Of a DNA stretch of 64,000 nt, positions 1 through 9,813 are shown in pieces (position 1 is the stretch's first letter; every line of letters starts with the position of its first letter). The position numbers and the translations under genes are program-made. A model generated the notes under the pieces. It saw only the letters and a list, made by a program, of their open reading frames with translations. It was not told the origin of the DNA and did no database searches. Source of the stretch: Cyclobacteriaceae bacterium (lineage in GTDB: Bacteria; Bacteroidota; Bacteroidia; Cytophagales; Cyclobacteriaceae); NCBI GenBank assembly GCA_041746855.1, contig JBGTGG010000143.1, positions 2,155-66,154 on the forward strand, written 5' to 3'.

Positions 1-444
1 GGGATTAATATTGCGAATGGTTTTTACATATTCAATCACCTCATCCAGGTAATCGGCTGGCCAATCCTGATCAACAAGGGGTACGTCATCATCTCTTTTT
101 AATTGTGGTGACACAACAATAAATGGCCTTGAAGAATCCCATTGCCCTTGATTGATCAGGTATGCTGGAGTTGCATCTGTGAATTGTGTTCTCAAACAGT
201 TGATAGAGGAACACCCTGTAAAAGGATTGGGATTAATCTGCCCTTGTCCGTGCAGGTTAATCAACATGGGAGCGGGAGTATTAACATTGTAACCCGGTGG
301 GGTGTAAATCAAAAATTCTGTACCGTCCGGACTTGTCATAATACCTTGACCGTTTACTATCTGGGTTTGCGCAATTAAGGAAACGGGTACAGCAGCCAGT
401 ATGACAAGTAATAAGAATTGGTATAGTAAGTAATTCTTATACAC
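1..444 (-). CDS. Secreted alpha/beta-hydrolase (esterase-like) protein, N-terminal part only; the gene runs off the left window edge
   Basis: This ORF is not in the supplied track. My own minus-strand translation from a GTG at 444 reads MYKNYLLYQFLLLVILAAVPVSLIAQTQIVNGQGIMTSPDGTEFLIYTPPGYNVNTPAPMLINLHGQGQ...PFIVVSPQLKRDD...DWPADYLDEVIEYVKTIRNINP and stays open to position 1. It has a signal peptide followed by the same YxPPxY / hhhxHG / ISPQLK / DEVxEYV blocks seen at the N-termini of the 13665..18902 and 602..7309 products. Confidence 0.6.
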   Translation of the reverse strand, partial: MYKNYLLYQFLLLVILAAVPVSLIAQTQIVNGQGIMTSPDGTEFLIYTPPGYNVNTPAPMLINLHGQGQINPNPFTGCSSINCLRTQFTDATPAYLINQGQWDSSRPFIVVSPQLKRDDDVPLVDQDWPADYLDEVIEYVKTIRNINP

Positions 445-547
445 TTATTTTGTGGGGGTTAAATTCATTCCCCCTAATCCAACTATTGAAGGAAGGGCAA
501 GGGGGTCGGGAATAAAATTAACAAATTCTATCCTGCATTCAAATAAC

Positions 548-573
548 TTGAGCCGGTTGATGTGCCGGCTCAA
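548..573 (-). terminator. Candidate intrinsic terminator downstream of the 2235-aa gene
   Basis: Perfect 9-bp inverted repeat TTGAGCCGG-N8-CCGGCTCAA, 29 nt downstream of the stop at 602. On the minus-strand transcript it is followed by GUUAUUUGAAU, which is moderately U-rich. Confidence 0.4.
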
Positions 574-601
574 TGTTTATTTATCTGTATGCTATCATAG
601 A

Positions 602-3600
602 TTACTCAAACTTCAGTATCACTTTACGTTGTAGCACCGCATTGCCTTGCCTGATGAACATAATGTAGACTCCAGGTGCTGTTTCCTGTGATACCTTTAA
701 TTTATGTACGCCATTTACTTGTGTTCCTTTTATGGAAGCATCAAAAACGTTACGACCGGTAAGGTCAACAAGTGAAATGGTAGCCTCCAGTGTTGAAGTA
801 GTTTCAACTTTTACATAAAGCTGATCGTACGTGGCCGGGTTCGGGTAAACGTAAACATTGAATCCATTGTGGAGTGGGTTATCTGTTGAGGTAATCAGGT
901 ACTCAATCGGATCCGAAATCTTCGAGCAACCGCCACTTGACACCAGCACTGTATATTGTCCTTCTTCTATCGGTTTATAACTGTAGTCATACGCATCCAG
1001 CGGTTCGTTGTCTTTGTACCATTGCATAAAGGTTCCGAACGGGATATCGTTCACCACCTCCAGTACGTCTCCATCAAATTCAATCATCGGCATAGGTATC
1101 GCGTTGATCTCCACATACGTAGTAGTTTTCTCTCCTTCACAACCGTTCACTACGGCCGCTACTTCAAAACGGGTGGTACTGGTGATGGGATCGGAAAGCC
1201 AGCTTGCACTGGTTTGCTCTTTGAGCCATACACCATCCTTATACCAGCGCAAACTGTTTTCCGGATTGGATTCGGCTTTCAGGGTTACTTGTGCGCCATC
1301 GCAAAGCGAATAGTAGTTTTGATCAACAGAGACTGTAGGTGCCGGTGTGTAGGTAAATTCAAGTGGTGTGTCGGACAACATTTCGTTGCTGCATCCACTA
1401 AAGCCTGTACGGACAACGAGGCTGTTCGCTCCGGTTTGCAATGCACTTACAGGCACGTTAAGCGCTACGCTGCCATCATCACCCACCATAATTTCAGATA
1501 ATGGGGTTTCGTCATTTTGGAGTGAGGCATAGTAAAATACCCCCTTCTCCGTATTGGTGAGTTGAATAGAAGCCGAAGTTCCACCGCACACATTCTCAAT
1601 AGCCGCAATTGCATTTTTCTGAATGCCAGGCCGATGCAACGTAAGGGTAAACCTGCCAACACCATAACTCGCAGCATCGGTGGTTACTGCAAAATTATAG
1701 TGATCACTTCCTGTCATCGACAGTGTGCTGTTGGTGAAGTGATCGGTAAGTTCTACAGCCCCTACACCCACCATGTTTTCTATGTTCTCGAAGAAAAGTG
1801 AGTACGCACCGGGCGCAACGTCTTCAATACTCAACGGCACAACTTTTTCGCAGAAGCTATCGGACAGTTTGTTGAAAACAAGATTAACATCTTCAGTTGA
1901 GCGGGAACTAAGATTGAGAATACCGTTCTTAAGCTTCATGCCATCTGCTTCTGGTTCGTAGGCATCGATATAATTTTCACCAATGATAACATAGGCCTCG
2001 TCTTCCTTTGAACCGTTTGATAGCTTCACTGCAATACTATTGACATGAGTTCCGCCTTCGCGATAGAAAGAGGAAGAGTTGGTGCGTTTAGCTTGTTCAT
2101 GCACTGTCATAGTAGCTGCACCCGTAGTTTGAATCCAGAAGGCCTGACCGGGAGAAATTATTCCATCATTTTGACCATTGGTACCTTGATTAGTGCTGGC
2201 ATCCCATGTTCTGAACACTAAAGGACCGCTCGTATTGTCTGGTATATGCATGATAGGCGAAACACCAGAACGTGACCAATCTGAAGCTAGGTTGTTCCAT
2301 TGAATAGCAGAAGCATAGGGATTACCCACTAAATTCCAACCATCACCTTGACCATTGTTAGCAGCAGGATTGCCGGTGCCGGGTGTAAGCAGTGATGTGT
2401 ATGATACACTTCCCTGGTAGGGTTGGCCGGTCATGGTAAGGGTAAGCGGGCTGTTGCCGTTGTAATTAAAAATGGAATACCCGCGACCTTGCTGGAAGGT
2501 TACGGTGTTGTTGCTTCCCGTGTGCGGGTAATGCTTGTAACCACCATCATTTTCTACGTAGTAAAACATAGAAGGTGATTGTGAACCACTGGTACCTATA
2601 AACGGTCCGGTAATCGGCATATGTACCTGCCAGTTGGCTACCGTCATATTGGCCACTGCGGAGGACATGTACCGGTATTGCCGGGCAGCACTTACCCAAC
2701 GTTCAACTTTTGCCGCACCGGTAATGCTACCATTGCTTTCTATCTCCTGCAGGTAGGCTGTTTTTGCTTCCGTAGAAACAAGGGTGATGTTTCCGTCAGA
2801 ATTAACCTCTCCGGCATTTATTTTTAAACCATCAGTAATCCTTAACGGAGACTGGATCATCAAATCTCCCGAGCCGCTGAATGTGGTGGTAACCATGCCG
2901 GCTGTATTCAATGCATTATCCAAATACAGATTGGAATTTTGCGTGCTGCTGCTGTTCAGGGTTAGGTTGCTGCCGTTAATGGCGAGCCTGCCGGTTTCAC
3001 CAGCAGGGTTAATACTGGCTGCATTCTTCATCACCAAATGGTTGTTGCCCAGGTTCAGTGTGGTTCCATTCGCTAACGAAAGCCCGCCACCATTTGGCGA
3101 GCCAATGTTAATAGTTACCGCGCTGCCTCCGTTCAAAAAGTTGGCTGTTGTCCCGGCAGTGGTTGAGATTTTATACAAATCCAGCGGACCGCTAACGGTT
3201 AACACTTGTGTACCAGTTTTTGCCAACACCAAATCAAGTGCATTGTCGGTGGCTACTACGGCTGGTGTGCCGGCTAATGTAATATCACCGTGTACCGTAA
3301 CCCGTGAAGCATTGGAAGGTACACCTTTTAATGCAATGCCGGATGTGGCGGTAAGGTTGCCCATAATGGTGATTTCCCCTTCTTCAAAGTTTTTATTGCC
3401 CGTTCCGGAAAGGTTTACATCACCATAAGTGCCGGCAGGGATGTAGGTGTAGGTATTGAAATTGATTGTACTGCTAGGGGAGATACTCAAAAACTCAGGG
3501 GCAGTGGAATGGTTCAGGTTAACGACACCTGTGCCCTGTACTTCAATTTTGGCTGAAATGGTATTATCTACATTGAGTGTAGTACCCGCGGGCACAATTA

Positions 3601-6600
3601 GTTTTGATACACTGCCGCCAATCGTAAGTGAGCCACCCAATCCGGTGCTTGGGCGGGTAACCATATAGATCTGCCCGTTATGTGAGAGCGATGCTGGGGA
3701 AGTACCATTTCCATCAGGTGTATTGGACCACGTGTTAGTTAAGTTAAGCGCACCGTTTGCTTTTGTGTAATACATTTGGCCTATGTTGGTGGTCACCCCC
3801 AGCAACGTAGAAGCAGCCGATTTATTCCCGGAAGCATCAAAGGCTTTAACCGTAAAGTTATACAGGGTGCCGGGCTCCAGGCCGGTGGCCATATAGCTGG
3901 CAACTGTAGTCGAATCAACTATGGTGTTATTGATCAATATTTCATACCCGGCAACCGCTACGTTATCGGTGGAGGCTGTCCAGCTAAAAGCAACGTTGGA
4001 ATACGTTTTACTGATTTCGGTGAGGCCAGCGGGAACAGTAGGCGCTTGGTTATCCGTAGCGGTTGTGGCATCATCTGTATTGCTGAATTCAGAAGTGCCA
4101 TTGTCATTGATGGATTTAAGTTTGTAAAAATAGGTAGTGCCGGCTAAGACCGTGTTATCAGTAAACGACAAACCTTCCGTACGGTTAATGATGTTGTAGG
4201 TACCATCAATAGCAGTTGACCGGTATACCTCAAATTCTACTGGGTCGCCCGCGTAGTCCCATGACAAATCAATGCTGGTCATGCCACTGGCTAACGCTTC
4301 GAGATCCGTGGGAGCATCTGGGGGTGAAAGTATTGGAGCCGTTCCTGAGCGTAGCCATGCCGCTGGAATGTTAGCCCATGGGTTGGTATATGAATTCGGC
4401 CCAGTTTTCCTTCTATACTGTACTTGCAATGATTGCCCACCGGTGGATTCATTGAACAATACAACAATTCGGTGAAAACCGACTGGTAACTCTACATCGG
4501 TGCTGTTCCGCCATTGTGGGCCATGCAACCCATCATTATTGACTACGCGAAACTCAGTTACATCATTCGGGTTGAACCCTCCAATAAATAACATACTCCC
4601 ATCATCTGAATTTGTACGGAATTGATAGTAGTCATCGTGTCCAGCTTCAGTAATGTTCAGGTATCCATCAAACTTAATTTTATAAAAGTCTTCCTGGGTT
4701 GCAATACCCTGTACTCCATTTACAGGTGGGGAAGTAATAGGATTCACATTAAAGTAGGCTATTTTACCTGTAAATTCTGCAGAAGTCCAGTCGATCGGAG
4801 GATCATCGTTATTGTTTGCCGATGTAACAGGGTTAAGCGAAGACCATGCGCCTGTGGAATGTTCATAGTACAGTCCGTCAACATACGTGGTACCAATAAC
4901 CTGGTTGCTGGGGGGTGATAAATTGCCCGCAAGGTCTTCCGTTTGTACGGTAATCGCAAAAGTAGCATTAATGGCCAATCCGTCAATGGTATAGGTTGTG
5001 GATGGTGAATTGGTAAATACCGAACTGCCTCCGTAATTCACTTTGTATTGTTTTATGCCCGTATCATCTGTGCCGGCATCCCACGTAAGCGAGATTGAGT
5101 TGATGGTGTTGAAAGTAACTAAAAGATTTTGTGGAGGCGTTGGCAGTGTGCTTTCATTCGGAGTAATTACTACCAGGTTCGTGTTCAGGTCATTGCCAGG
5201 CACGTGGTTTGACCGTGCCGTATTGCTGACAGCACGTAGTTTATAGTGGTAGGTGGTGCCAGGGGATAGGTTCGTGTCCAGGTATGAAACGGCATCCTCC
5301 GCTGTCAGCGTAACGAAAGTAAAATTCGTTTCACCAGCCATTCTACGCCAAAGCTCAAATCCGGTTTCACTGGGTGAATTGTCAGTCCAACTTAAAAATA
5401 TGCTGGAAGGAGACTGGGCAACACCGGCAAAATTTCCTGGGAGGGTAATAGAAGTAGGTGGTGTATTAAACGTTACCGCTACGGGAGCAGAACTTAAACT
5501 TTGACAACCGCTGATTTCCGCATTCTTTAAGGTATAAATACCGGGCTGATCGCTTTTACGTTGGATCATGGATAGGGTGTCCTGAATAGCATTGAACTGA
5601 TCATCAAAGGTTCTGTCTGGCGTAAAAAGCACACCTTCTTTATACCAATAGTACTTTTCATTGTTCTCGCTGGATCTTAACACGACCTTATCATCATTGT
5701 TGATAGTAGGAAAAACAGTTGACCCTAATGCTTGAATGCTGGGTTTGACAGGTGTAACCTCTGTAACCACCACCGGATCGGACCACCGGTTCCAGTCGCT
5801 TTCACTGGGGTTTGCTACCCGGCTAAAACGCGCCCGATAAGTACCTGGTAACGCGGCTAGATAACTATGAGAATTGGCACCGGGGATTATTACGCCATCC
5901 TTTTCCCATTGATAGGCAAAAAAGCCCTGGGATAGGATAAGTTCAGCAGCCGCACCTGAAGTACCGCATATCTCAGGCTTTCCAAATTTAACGTGGATGT
6001 TTGATTTATCTTTTCCACGCATCCAACTAAAGAAATCCGGGTCGCCATACGCGTTATTCCACACGCCATGACCCAAGGAGGGATAAAGCGTGTAGCGAAC
6101 CTCCATTCCATTGTTACGGAAATCCTGAATTCGTGTTTGGGTTGCTGCGGGCGTTGGATTTCCATCGGTTCCTCCCTGAAAAATCCATTGGGGTATAGTA
6201 ACTAAATAAGGATATATTCCATAATTCCGAATATCAGCATCATTTACTGCCGACATAGGCAGGATGGCGCTGAATAACCATGGGGCAGTTCGTATCACTC
6301 TATAGGCACCAGCCCCACCATCGGAAAGCCCGTGGATGTAGATTTTATTTGGATCAATGTTATATTGCTGAATCAGCAAGCGGATGATGCGCACCACGTT
6401 TTCGGCCCCATTGGGTTCCTGCCAGCCTACTAAATTCTGCGGAAAAAGTACAAAGCCTGGGAAGGCGTTTGCGGGCATGGCCGGGTCATTGGGTTCCATA
6501 CCAGTCGGTGTGTTGGTAAGCACAGCCGTTTGATGTCTTCCTCCACCATGGAGCAAATTATGATCGTTGTTCAACAGCCGTAAAACTCCGGTACGGCATA

Positions 6601-7309
6601 CATCGGCAGTGGTGGTACCTTCAAAGTCTAAACCGCTAACAGTAAAAGCATTAGCTGAGACTAATGTAACAGTTCTTGTACCGTTGTAAGCAGGAACCGA
6701 TGAATTAAGAATTGCTACTTGATGATTATTGCTAAATAAGTGAGGCTCCGATGTAGTAAAACGGGTGCCTCCCGCTACACTTTCTGCAGAAATAATTCTA
6801 TAAGTACCTGCTTGCGGATTATTATCGTTAGGGTTCCAGTTATTGTTAGCCCAATATCCTGCGTTGCCCCGCTCACCAAGCCCGTGTATCATTACAATCA
6901 AGGGGTAGCCACCCTCAACACTCGGATTTGTAGGGTGGTTTTTTGGAAATAACAAGCGGTAATTCATTAGAAATTTATTGGTCCAAACTGTTTCTTCCCT
7001 TAATTGCCCTTGGGTATAATTGGTGGAATTAAATCCAGCCATACTGTAATAGCTATCGGTGAGCACCCCGTTGTTCTTGCGGAAACTGAATGTCTTGTCT
7101 TCAAGGAGCTTGAATGTCCTTTCCCCATCATCTAAGCGAATATCAACTGTTACACCTGTACCGGAAGTGAGTGGACCCGCACCTCTGGTTCCATCATTTT
7201 TATAATGGAAGTATTCCCAAGAAGGATCAATCTGCGAATAGGCGAGATTGCAAAAGGAGGTGAAAACGGAAATGAAAACGACAATTCTAGCCAACAATTT
7301 CATAAACAT
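602..7309 (-). CDS. Giant (2235 aa) T9SS-secreted multidomain surface protein. Domain order: signal peptide, alpha/beta-hydrolase (esterase), Ig-like, FN3 x2, PA14, FN3 x2, beta-helix-like region, Ig-like modules, type-A T9SS C-terminal sorting domain
   Basis: Single uninterrupted ORF. The N-terminal signal peptide is MFMKLLARIVVFISVFTSFCNLAYSQ. Hydrolase blocks are YPLIVMIHGLGERGN, the nucleophile elbow IHGLSDGG, QGGTDGNP and SLGHGVWNNAY. FN3-like segments include SSIFLSWTDNSPSETGFELWRR...TTYHYKLRAV and TSIDLSWDYAGDPVEFEVYRS...GTTYFYKLKSIN. A PA14 signature is present (see separate feature). The G/T/N/L-rich stretch GGSLTIGGSVSKLIVPAGTTLNVDNT... is typical of parallel beta-helix adhesin passengers. 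The C-terminus VYVYPNPATYDQLYV...GVYIMFIRQGNAVLQRKVILKFE matches the Por/T9SS CTD pattern. Confidence 0.9.
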   Translation of the reverse strand: MFMKLLARIVVFISVFTSFCNLAYSQIDPSWEYFHYKNDGTRGAGPLTSGTGVTVDIRLDDGERTFKLLEDKTFSFRKNNGVLTDSYYSMAGFNSTNYTQGQLREETVWTNKFLMNYRLLFPKNHPTNPSVEGGYPLIVMIHGLGERGNAGYWANNNWNPNDNNPQAGTYRIISAESVAGGTRFTTSEPHLFSNNHQVAILNSSVPAYNGTRTVTLVSANAFTVSGLDFEGTTTADVCRTGVLRLLNNDHNLLHGGGRHQTAVLTNTPTGMEPNDPAMPANAFPGFVLFPQNLVGWQEPNGAENVVRIIRLLIQQYNIDPNKIYIHGLSDGGAGAYRVIRTAPWLFSAILPMSAVNDADIRNYGIYPYLVTIPQWIFQGGTDGNPTPAATQTRIQDFRNNGMEVRYTLYPSLGHGVWNNAYGDPDFFSWMRGKDKSNIHVKFGKPEICGTSGAAAELILSQGFFAYQWEKDGVIIPGANSHSYLAALPGTYRARFSRVANPSESDWNRWSDPVVVTEVTPVKPSIQALGSTVFPTINNDDKVVLRSSENNEKYYWYKEGVLFTPDRTFDDQFNAIQDTLSMIQRKSDQPGIYTLKNAEISGCQSLSSAPVAVTFNTPPTSITLPGNFAGVAQSPSSIFLSWTDNSPSETGFELWRRMAGETNFTFVTLTAEDAVSYLDTNLSPGTTYHYKLRAVSNTARSNHVPGNDLNTNLVVITPNESTLPTPPQNLLVTFNTINSISLTWDAGTDDTGIKQYKVNYGGSSVFTNSPSTTYTIDGLAINATFAITVQTEDLAGNLSPPSNQVIGTTYVDGLYYEHSTGAWSSLNPVTSANNNDDPPIDWTSAEFTGKIAYFNVNPITSPPVNGVQGIATQEDFYKIKFDGYLNITEAGHDDYYQFRTNSDDGSMLFIGGFNPNDVTEFRVVNNDGLHGPQWRNSTDVELPVGFHRIVVLFNESTGGQSLQVQYRRKTGPNSYTNPWANIPAAWLRSGTAPILSPPDAPTDLEALASGMTSIDLSWDYAGDPVEFEVYRSTAIDGTYNIINRTEGLSFTDNTVLAGTTYFYKLKSINDNGTSEFSNTDDATTATDNQAPTVPAGLTEISKTYSNVAFSWTASTDNVAVAGYEILINNTIVDSTTVASYMATGLEPGTLYNFTVKAFDASGNKSAASTLLGVTTNIGQMYYTKANGALNLTNTWSNTPDGNGTSPASLSHNGQIYMVTRPSTGLGGSLTIGGSVSKLIVPAGTTLNVDNTISAKIEVQGTGVVNLNHSTAPEFLSISPSSTINFNTYTYIPAGTYGDVNLSGTGNKNFEEGEITIMGNLTATSGIALKGVPSNASRVTVHGDITLAGTPAVVATDNALDLVLAKTGTQVLTVSGPLDLYKISTTAGTTANFLNGGSAVTINIGSPNGGGLSLANGTTLNLGNNHLVMKNAASINPAGETGRLAINGSNLTLNSSSTQNSNLYLDNALNTAGMVTTTFSGSGDLMIQSPLRITDGLKINAGEVNSDGNITLVSTEAKTAYLQEIESNGSITGAAKVERWVSAARQYRYMSSAVANMTVANWQVHMPITGPFIGTSGSQSPSMFYYVENDGGYKHYPHTGSNNTVTFQQGRGYSIFNYNGNSPLTLTMTGQPYQGSVSYTSLLTPGTGNPAANNGQGDGWNLVGNPYASAIQWNNLASDWSRSGVSPIMHIPDNTSGPLVFRTWDASTNQGTNGQNDGIISPGQAFWIQTTGAATMTVHEQAKRTNSSSFYREGGTHVNSIAVKLSNGSKEDEAYVIIGENYIDAYEPEADGMKLKNGILNLSSRSTEDVNLVFNKLSDSFCEKVVPLSIEDVAPGAYSLFFENIENMVGVGAVELTDHFTNSTLSMTGSDHYNFAVTTDAASYGVGRFTLTLHRPGIQKNAIAAIENVCGGTSASIQLTNTEKGVFYYASLQNDETPLSEIMVGDDGSVALNVPVSALQTGANSLVVRTGFSGCSNEMLSDTPLEFTYTPAPTVSVDQNYYSLCDGAQVTLKAESNPENSLRWYKDGVWLKEQTSASWLSDPITSTTRFEVAAVVNGCEGEKTTTYVEINAIPMPMIEFDGDVLEVVNDIPFGTFMQWYKDNEPLDAYDYSYKPIEEGQYTVLVSSGGCSKISDPIEYLITSTDNPLHNGFNVYVYPNPATYDQLYVKVETTSTLEATISLVDLTGRNVFDASIKGTQVNGVHKLKVSQETAPGVYIMFIRQGNAVLQRKVILKFE
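605..862 (-). other. Type-A T9SS (Por secretion tail) C-terminal sorting domain of the 2235-aa protein
   Basis: The last 86 aa are FNVYVYPNPATYDQLYVKVETTS...LVDLTGRNVF...GVYIMFIRQGNAVLQRKVILKFE. This shows the canonical YPNP, D..GR and GvYhh...... K.hh pattern of TIGR04183-type CTDs, recalled from memory of the family. Confidence 0.8.
4400..4880 (-). other. PA14-like carbohydrate-binding domain inside the 2235-aa protein
   Basis: Translation reads VDGLYYEHSTGAWSSL...FYKIKFDGYLNITEAGHDDYYQFRTNSDDGSMLFIGG...VVNNDGLHGPQ...VELPVGFHRIVVLFNESTGGQSLQVQYRRKTG. This follows the PA14/GLEYA pattern GLxYxxY ... FxGYl....G.Y.F...SDDGS.L.I.G ... L.aG.h.I.v.y.E..G...l.v. Confidence 0.7.
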
Positions 7310-7625
7310 GTGTCATTACGATTAAAGCGCCTTACTAATATACTGCAAAGGTGATAAAAGTGACTTGTAGATGCGTACTTTTTACAATATTTTCTTAACA
7401 AAAAGAAGCCCCTGAAAAGGTGAAGATGGGTATTGCTTTACCCAAACCCCTTTGTAGGCAAAAATTCCTACCTTTTTCGCGTGTAAGGTTTTAAATCCGC
7501 ATAGCCAAAAAGCCATCAATGTTGATGAAGCATTCCCCATTGACAGAAAAATCAGTTGTGTATTTTTTTTCGTACGCGAACTAAATACTATCGTTGTACT
7601 TTCGCAGTAAAATACACGTAACGGA

Positions 7626-8603
7626 ATGTCTCAACAGCCCCTCATCAGTGTTTTCATGTTAGCCTATAACCATGAAAAGTATATTTCCCAGGCGATACAA
7701 AGCATTCTTGATCAAAAAACGGATATAGCGTTTGAATTGGTTATTGGCGAAGACTGCTCAACCGATAACACCCGCGCCATTATTCTTGACTTTCAGCAGC
7801 GCTACCCACAGATCATCAGGGTCATTGAAAACACTACCAACGTAGGCATGCATGAAAATTTTCTGCGCACGCTCTTTAGCTGTACCGGAAAGTACCTGTG
7901 CATTTGCGAGGGAGATGATTACTGGGAGCATCCTGATAAATTAAACATTCAGTATCAATTCATGGAGTCACACCCTGAATATGTTTTAGTGTGTGGCAAT
8001 CACAAACGATATATTGATAATGAAAAGCGATTTGAGCGGGGCGATGCAGTTTCCGTAAGCGATCACGACATCAGTTTTGAAAAGCTTTCGCGTTTCAATT
8101 GCATTACCACGGCCACCATCATGTTCCGCAATGTATTGAAGCGCTCCGATTTTGGCGATGATTTTTATTCTATTATCAGTTGCGACTGGTACCTGTACAT
8201 GAAGTTGCTTAACCACGGTAAAATCAGGTTTATAAACCATGTGTTTGCCGTGTACCGGATCAATGATGGAAGTATAAACGGAAGGACCAACCGGCTGGCC
8301 ATCGCGAAAAAAGAAATGGATTTTTTGAAGTTGGTAAAAACAGGAAGTTTGCTTGCGTTAAACGATAGCAGCACAGAAAAACTTGAGACGTCCATCATCT
8401 TTAAACATTATGATTTAGCCAGCGCCCATGCCTTGAACAGAAACCGGAAAGAGGCTATCGGGTTGTGCTTATATGCCTTTAAAAATAAGCCTTTGAGCAA
8501 AGACGGGTTCGTTCAATTGGTCAAAACATCTATCCAGATTATCAGTCCGGGTTTGTTTCAGGCGCTTCGAAGAGTAAAACGCAAAGTAGTGATGGCGGAA
8601 TAG
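7626..8603 (+). CDS. Glycosyltransferase family 2
   Basis: The N-terminal GT-A signature is ISVFMLAYNHEKYISQAIQSILDQKT...ELVIGEDCSTDNT, with the acidic motif CICEGDDYW. Confidence 0.85.
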   Translation: MSQQPLISVFMLAYNHEKYISQAIQSILDQKTDIAFELVIGEDCSTDNTRAIILDFQQRYPQIIRVIENTTNVGMHENFLRTLFSCTGKYLCICEGDDYWEHPDKLNIQYQFMESHPEYVLVCGNHKRYIDNEKRFERGDAVSVSDHDISFEKLSRFNCITTATIMFRNVLKRSDFGDDFYSIISCDWYLYMKLLNHGKIRFINHVFAVYRINDGSINGRTNRLAIAKKEMDFLKLVKTGSLLALNDSSTEKLETSIIFKHYDLASAHALNRNRKEAIGLCLYAFKNKPLSKDGFVQLVKTSIQIISPGLFQALRRVKRKVVMAE

Positions 8604-8731
8604 CGTCATTCACGTCATTGTGCAATGGGAAATTGACTTTAAGATGACTTCTATATTAGATAATATCAAAACTAACCATAATTTTGAGGTTGAGCATTTC
8701 GATGCATACGTATTCATATATTTAGTACACC

Positions 8732-9811
8732 ATGATTCCTGTAACCAAGCCATTCCTTCCGCCACAACACGAGTACCAAAAATACCTGGATGGAATCTGG
8801 CAACGCAATTGGTTGACCAATAATGGTCCGTTGGTAAACGAGTTGGAGTTAAAACTAAAGGAATACCTGAAGGTTAATCACCTGCTTTTTTTAACCAATG
8901 GAACCATTGCCATTCAGCTTGCCATTAAGGCGCTGGATTTAAAAGGCGAGATCATTACCACGCCCTTTTCATACGTGGCCACTACCAGCAGTATTGTATG
9001 GGAAGGATGTAAACCCGTGTTTGTTGACATTGACAAGGATACGCTCAATCTCGACCCAAGAAAAATTGAAGCGGCCATAACGGCCAACACTTCTGCTATT
9101 ATGGCCACGCATGTGTACGGCAATCCATGCGATATAGAATCCATTAATGCCATTGCTGTAAAGCACAATTTGAAAGTAATTTATGATGCAGCCCATGCCT
9201 TTGGTACAACATACAAGGGCAAGTCGGTTTTCGAATTTGGTGATATCAGCACCGCAAGTTTTCATTCCACTAAACTATTTCATACAATAGAAGGCGGAGC
9301 AGTAATTACAAAGTCACCGGAACTATTAAAGCGGTTGGCCTATATGAGGAACTTTGGTCATGATGGACCGGAGAAATTTGCTGAAGTAGGGATCAATGGA
9401 AAGAATTCTGAATTTCATGCAGCCATGGGGTTGGTAAATCTTTCATACATTGAGGCCATTCGCAACGCTAGAAAAGTGCAAAGCGAGTATTACGATAAGG
9501 TGCTGAAAAACCTGAAGTGTCAGAAGCCGACCATCGAGAAAGAAGCTACTTTTAATTATGCTTATTACGCAGTGGTAATGCCAACCGAAGAAATTGCCCT
9601 GCGGATGGTGGAAGAGTTAAACCGAAATTTGATTTACCCGCGCAGGTACTTTTTCCCTTCCCTCGATGAATTGCCGTATTTAGACAGGGCGGAATTGTCA
9701 ATAACCCGATCCGTGTGCAACAGGGTATTGTGCCTGCCGTTGTACCATACGCTTACCTATGAAGAAATTGACTTTATAGCGCGGATCATGTTGAGGGTTC
9801 AAAATAACTGA
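8732..9811 (+). CDS. DegT/DnrJ/EryC1/StrS-family PLP-dependent sugar aminotransferase (PglE/WecE-like)
   Basis: The start MIPVTKPFLPPQHEYQKYLDGIWQRNWLTNNGPLVNELE is typical of the family. Also present are ATHVYGNPCD, DAAHAFG and the Schiff-base lysine context SFHSTKLF. Confidence 0.85.
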   Translation: MIPVTKPFLPPQHEYQKYLDGIWQRNWLTNNGPLVNELELKLKEYLKVNHLLFLTNGTIAIQLAIKALDLKGEIITTPFSYVATTSSIVWEGCKPVFVDIDKDTLNLDPRKIEAAITANTSAIMATHVYGNPCDIESINAIAVKHNLKVIYDAAHAFGTTYKGKSVFEFGDISTASFHSTKLFHTIEGGAVITKSPELLKRLAYMRNFGHDGPEKFAEVGINGKNSEFHAAMGLVNLSYIEAIRNARKVQSEYYDKVLKNLKCQKPTIEKEATFNYAYYAVVMPTEEIALRMVEELNRNLIYPRRYFFPSLDELPYLDRAELSITRSVCNRVLCLPLYHTLTYEEIDFIARIMLRVQNN

Positions 9812-9813
9812 AT

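Noticed and set aside
142-378. Track ORF of 78 aa on the plus strand at the left edge
   Set aside because: It lies antisense to a much more convincing minus-strand reading frame (1-444). That frame has a signal peptide and shows homology by eye to the two other esterase N-termini. The plus-strand peptide has no recognisable features.
956-5504. Numerous plus-strand ORFs (for example 956-1501, 2784-3428, 3776-4147) inside the 2235-aa gene
   Set aside because: All are embedded antisense in a single long, domain-rich ORF. Their low-complexity or odd composition is typical of shadow ORFs.
7310-7625. Attempted identification of Bacteroidota-type promoters (TAnnTTTG -7 box), here and in other divergent spacers (24176-24392, 43743-43881, 51426-51569, 55052-55176, 57033-57311)
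   Set aside because: I found only imperfect matches, for example TACTTTCG near 7598. Without a scoring matrix or transcription start data I cannot support specific promoter calls.
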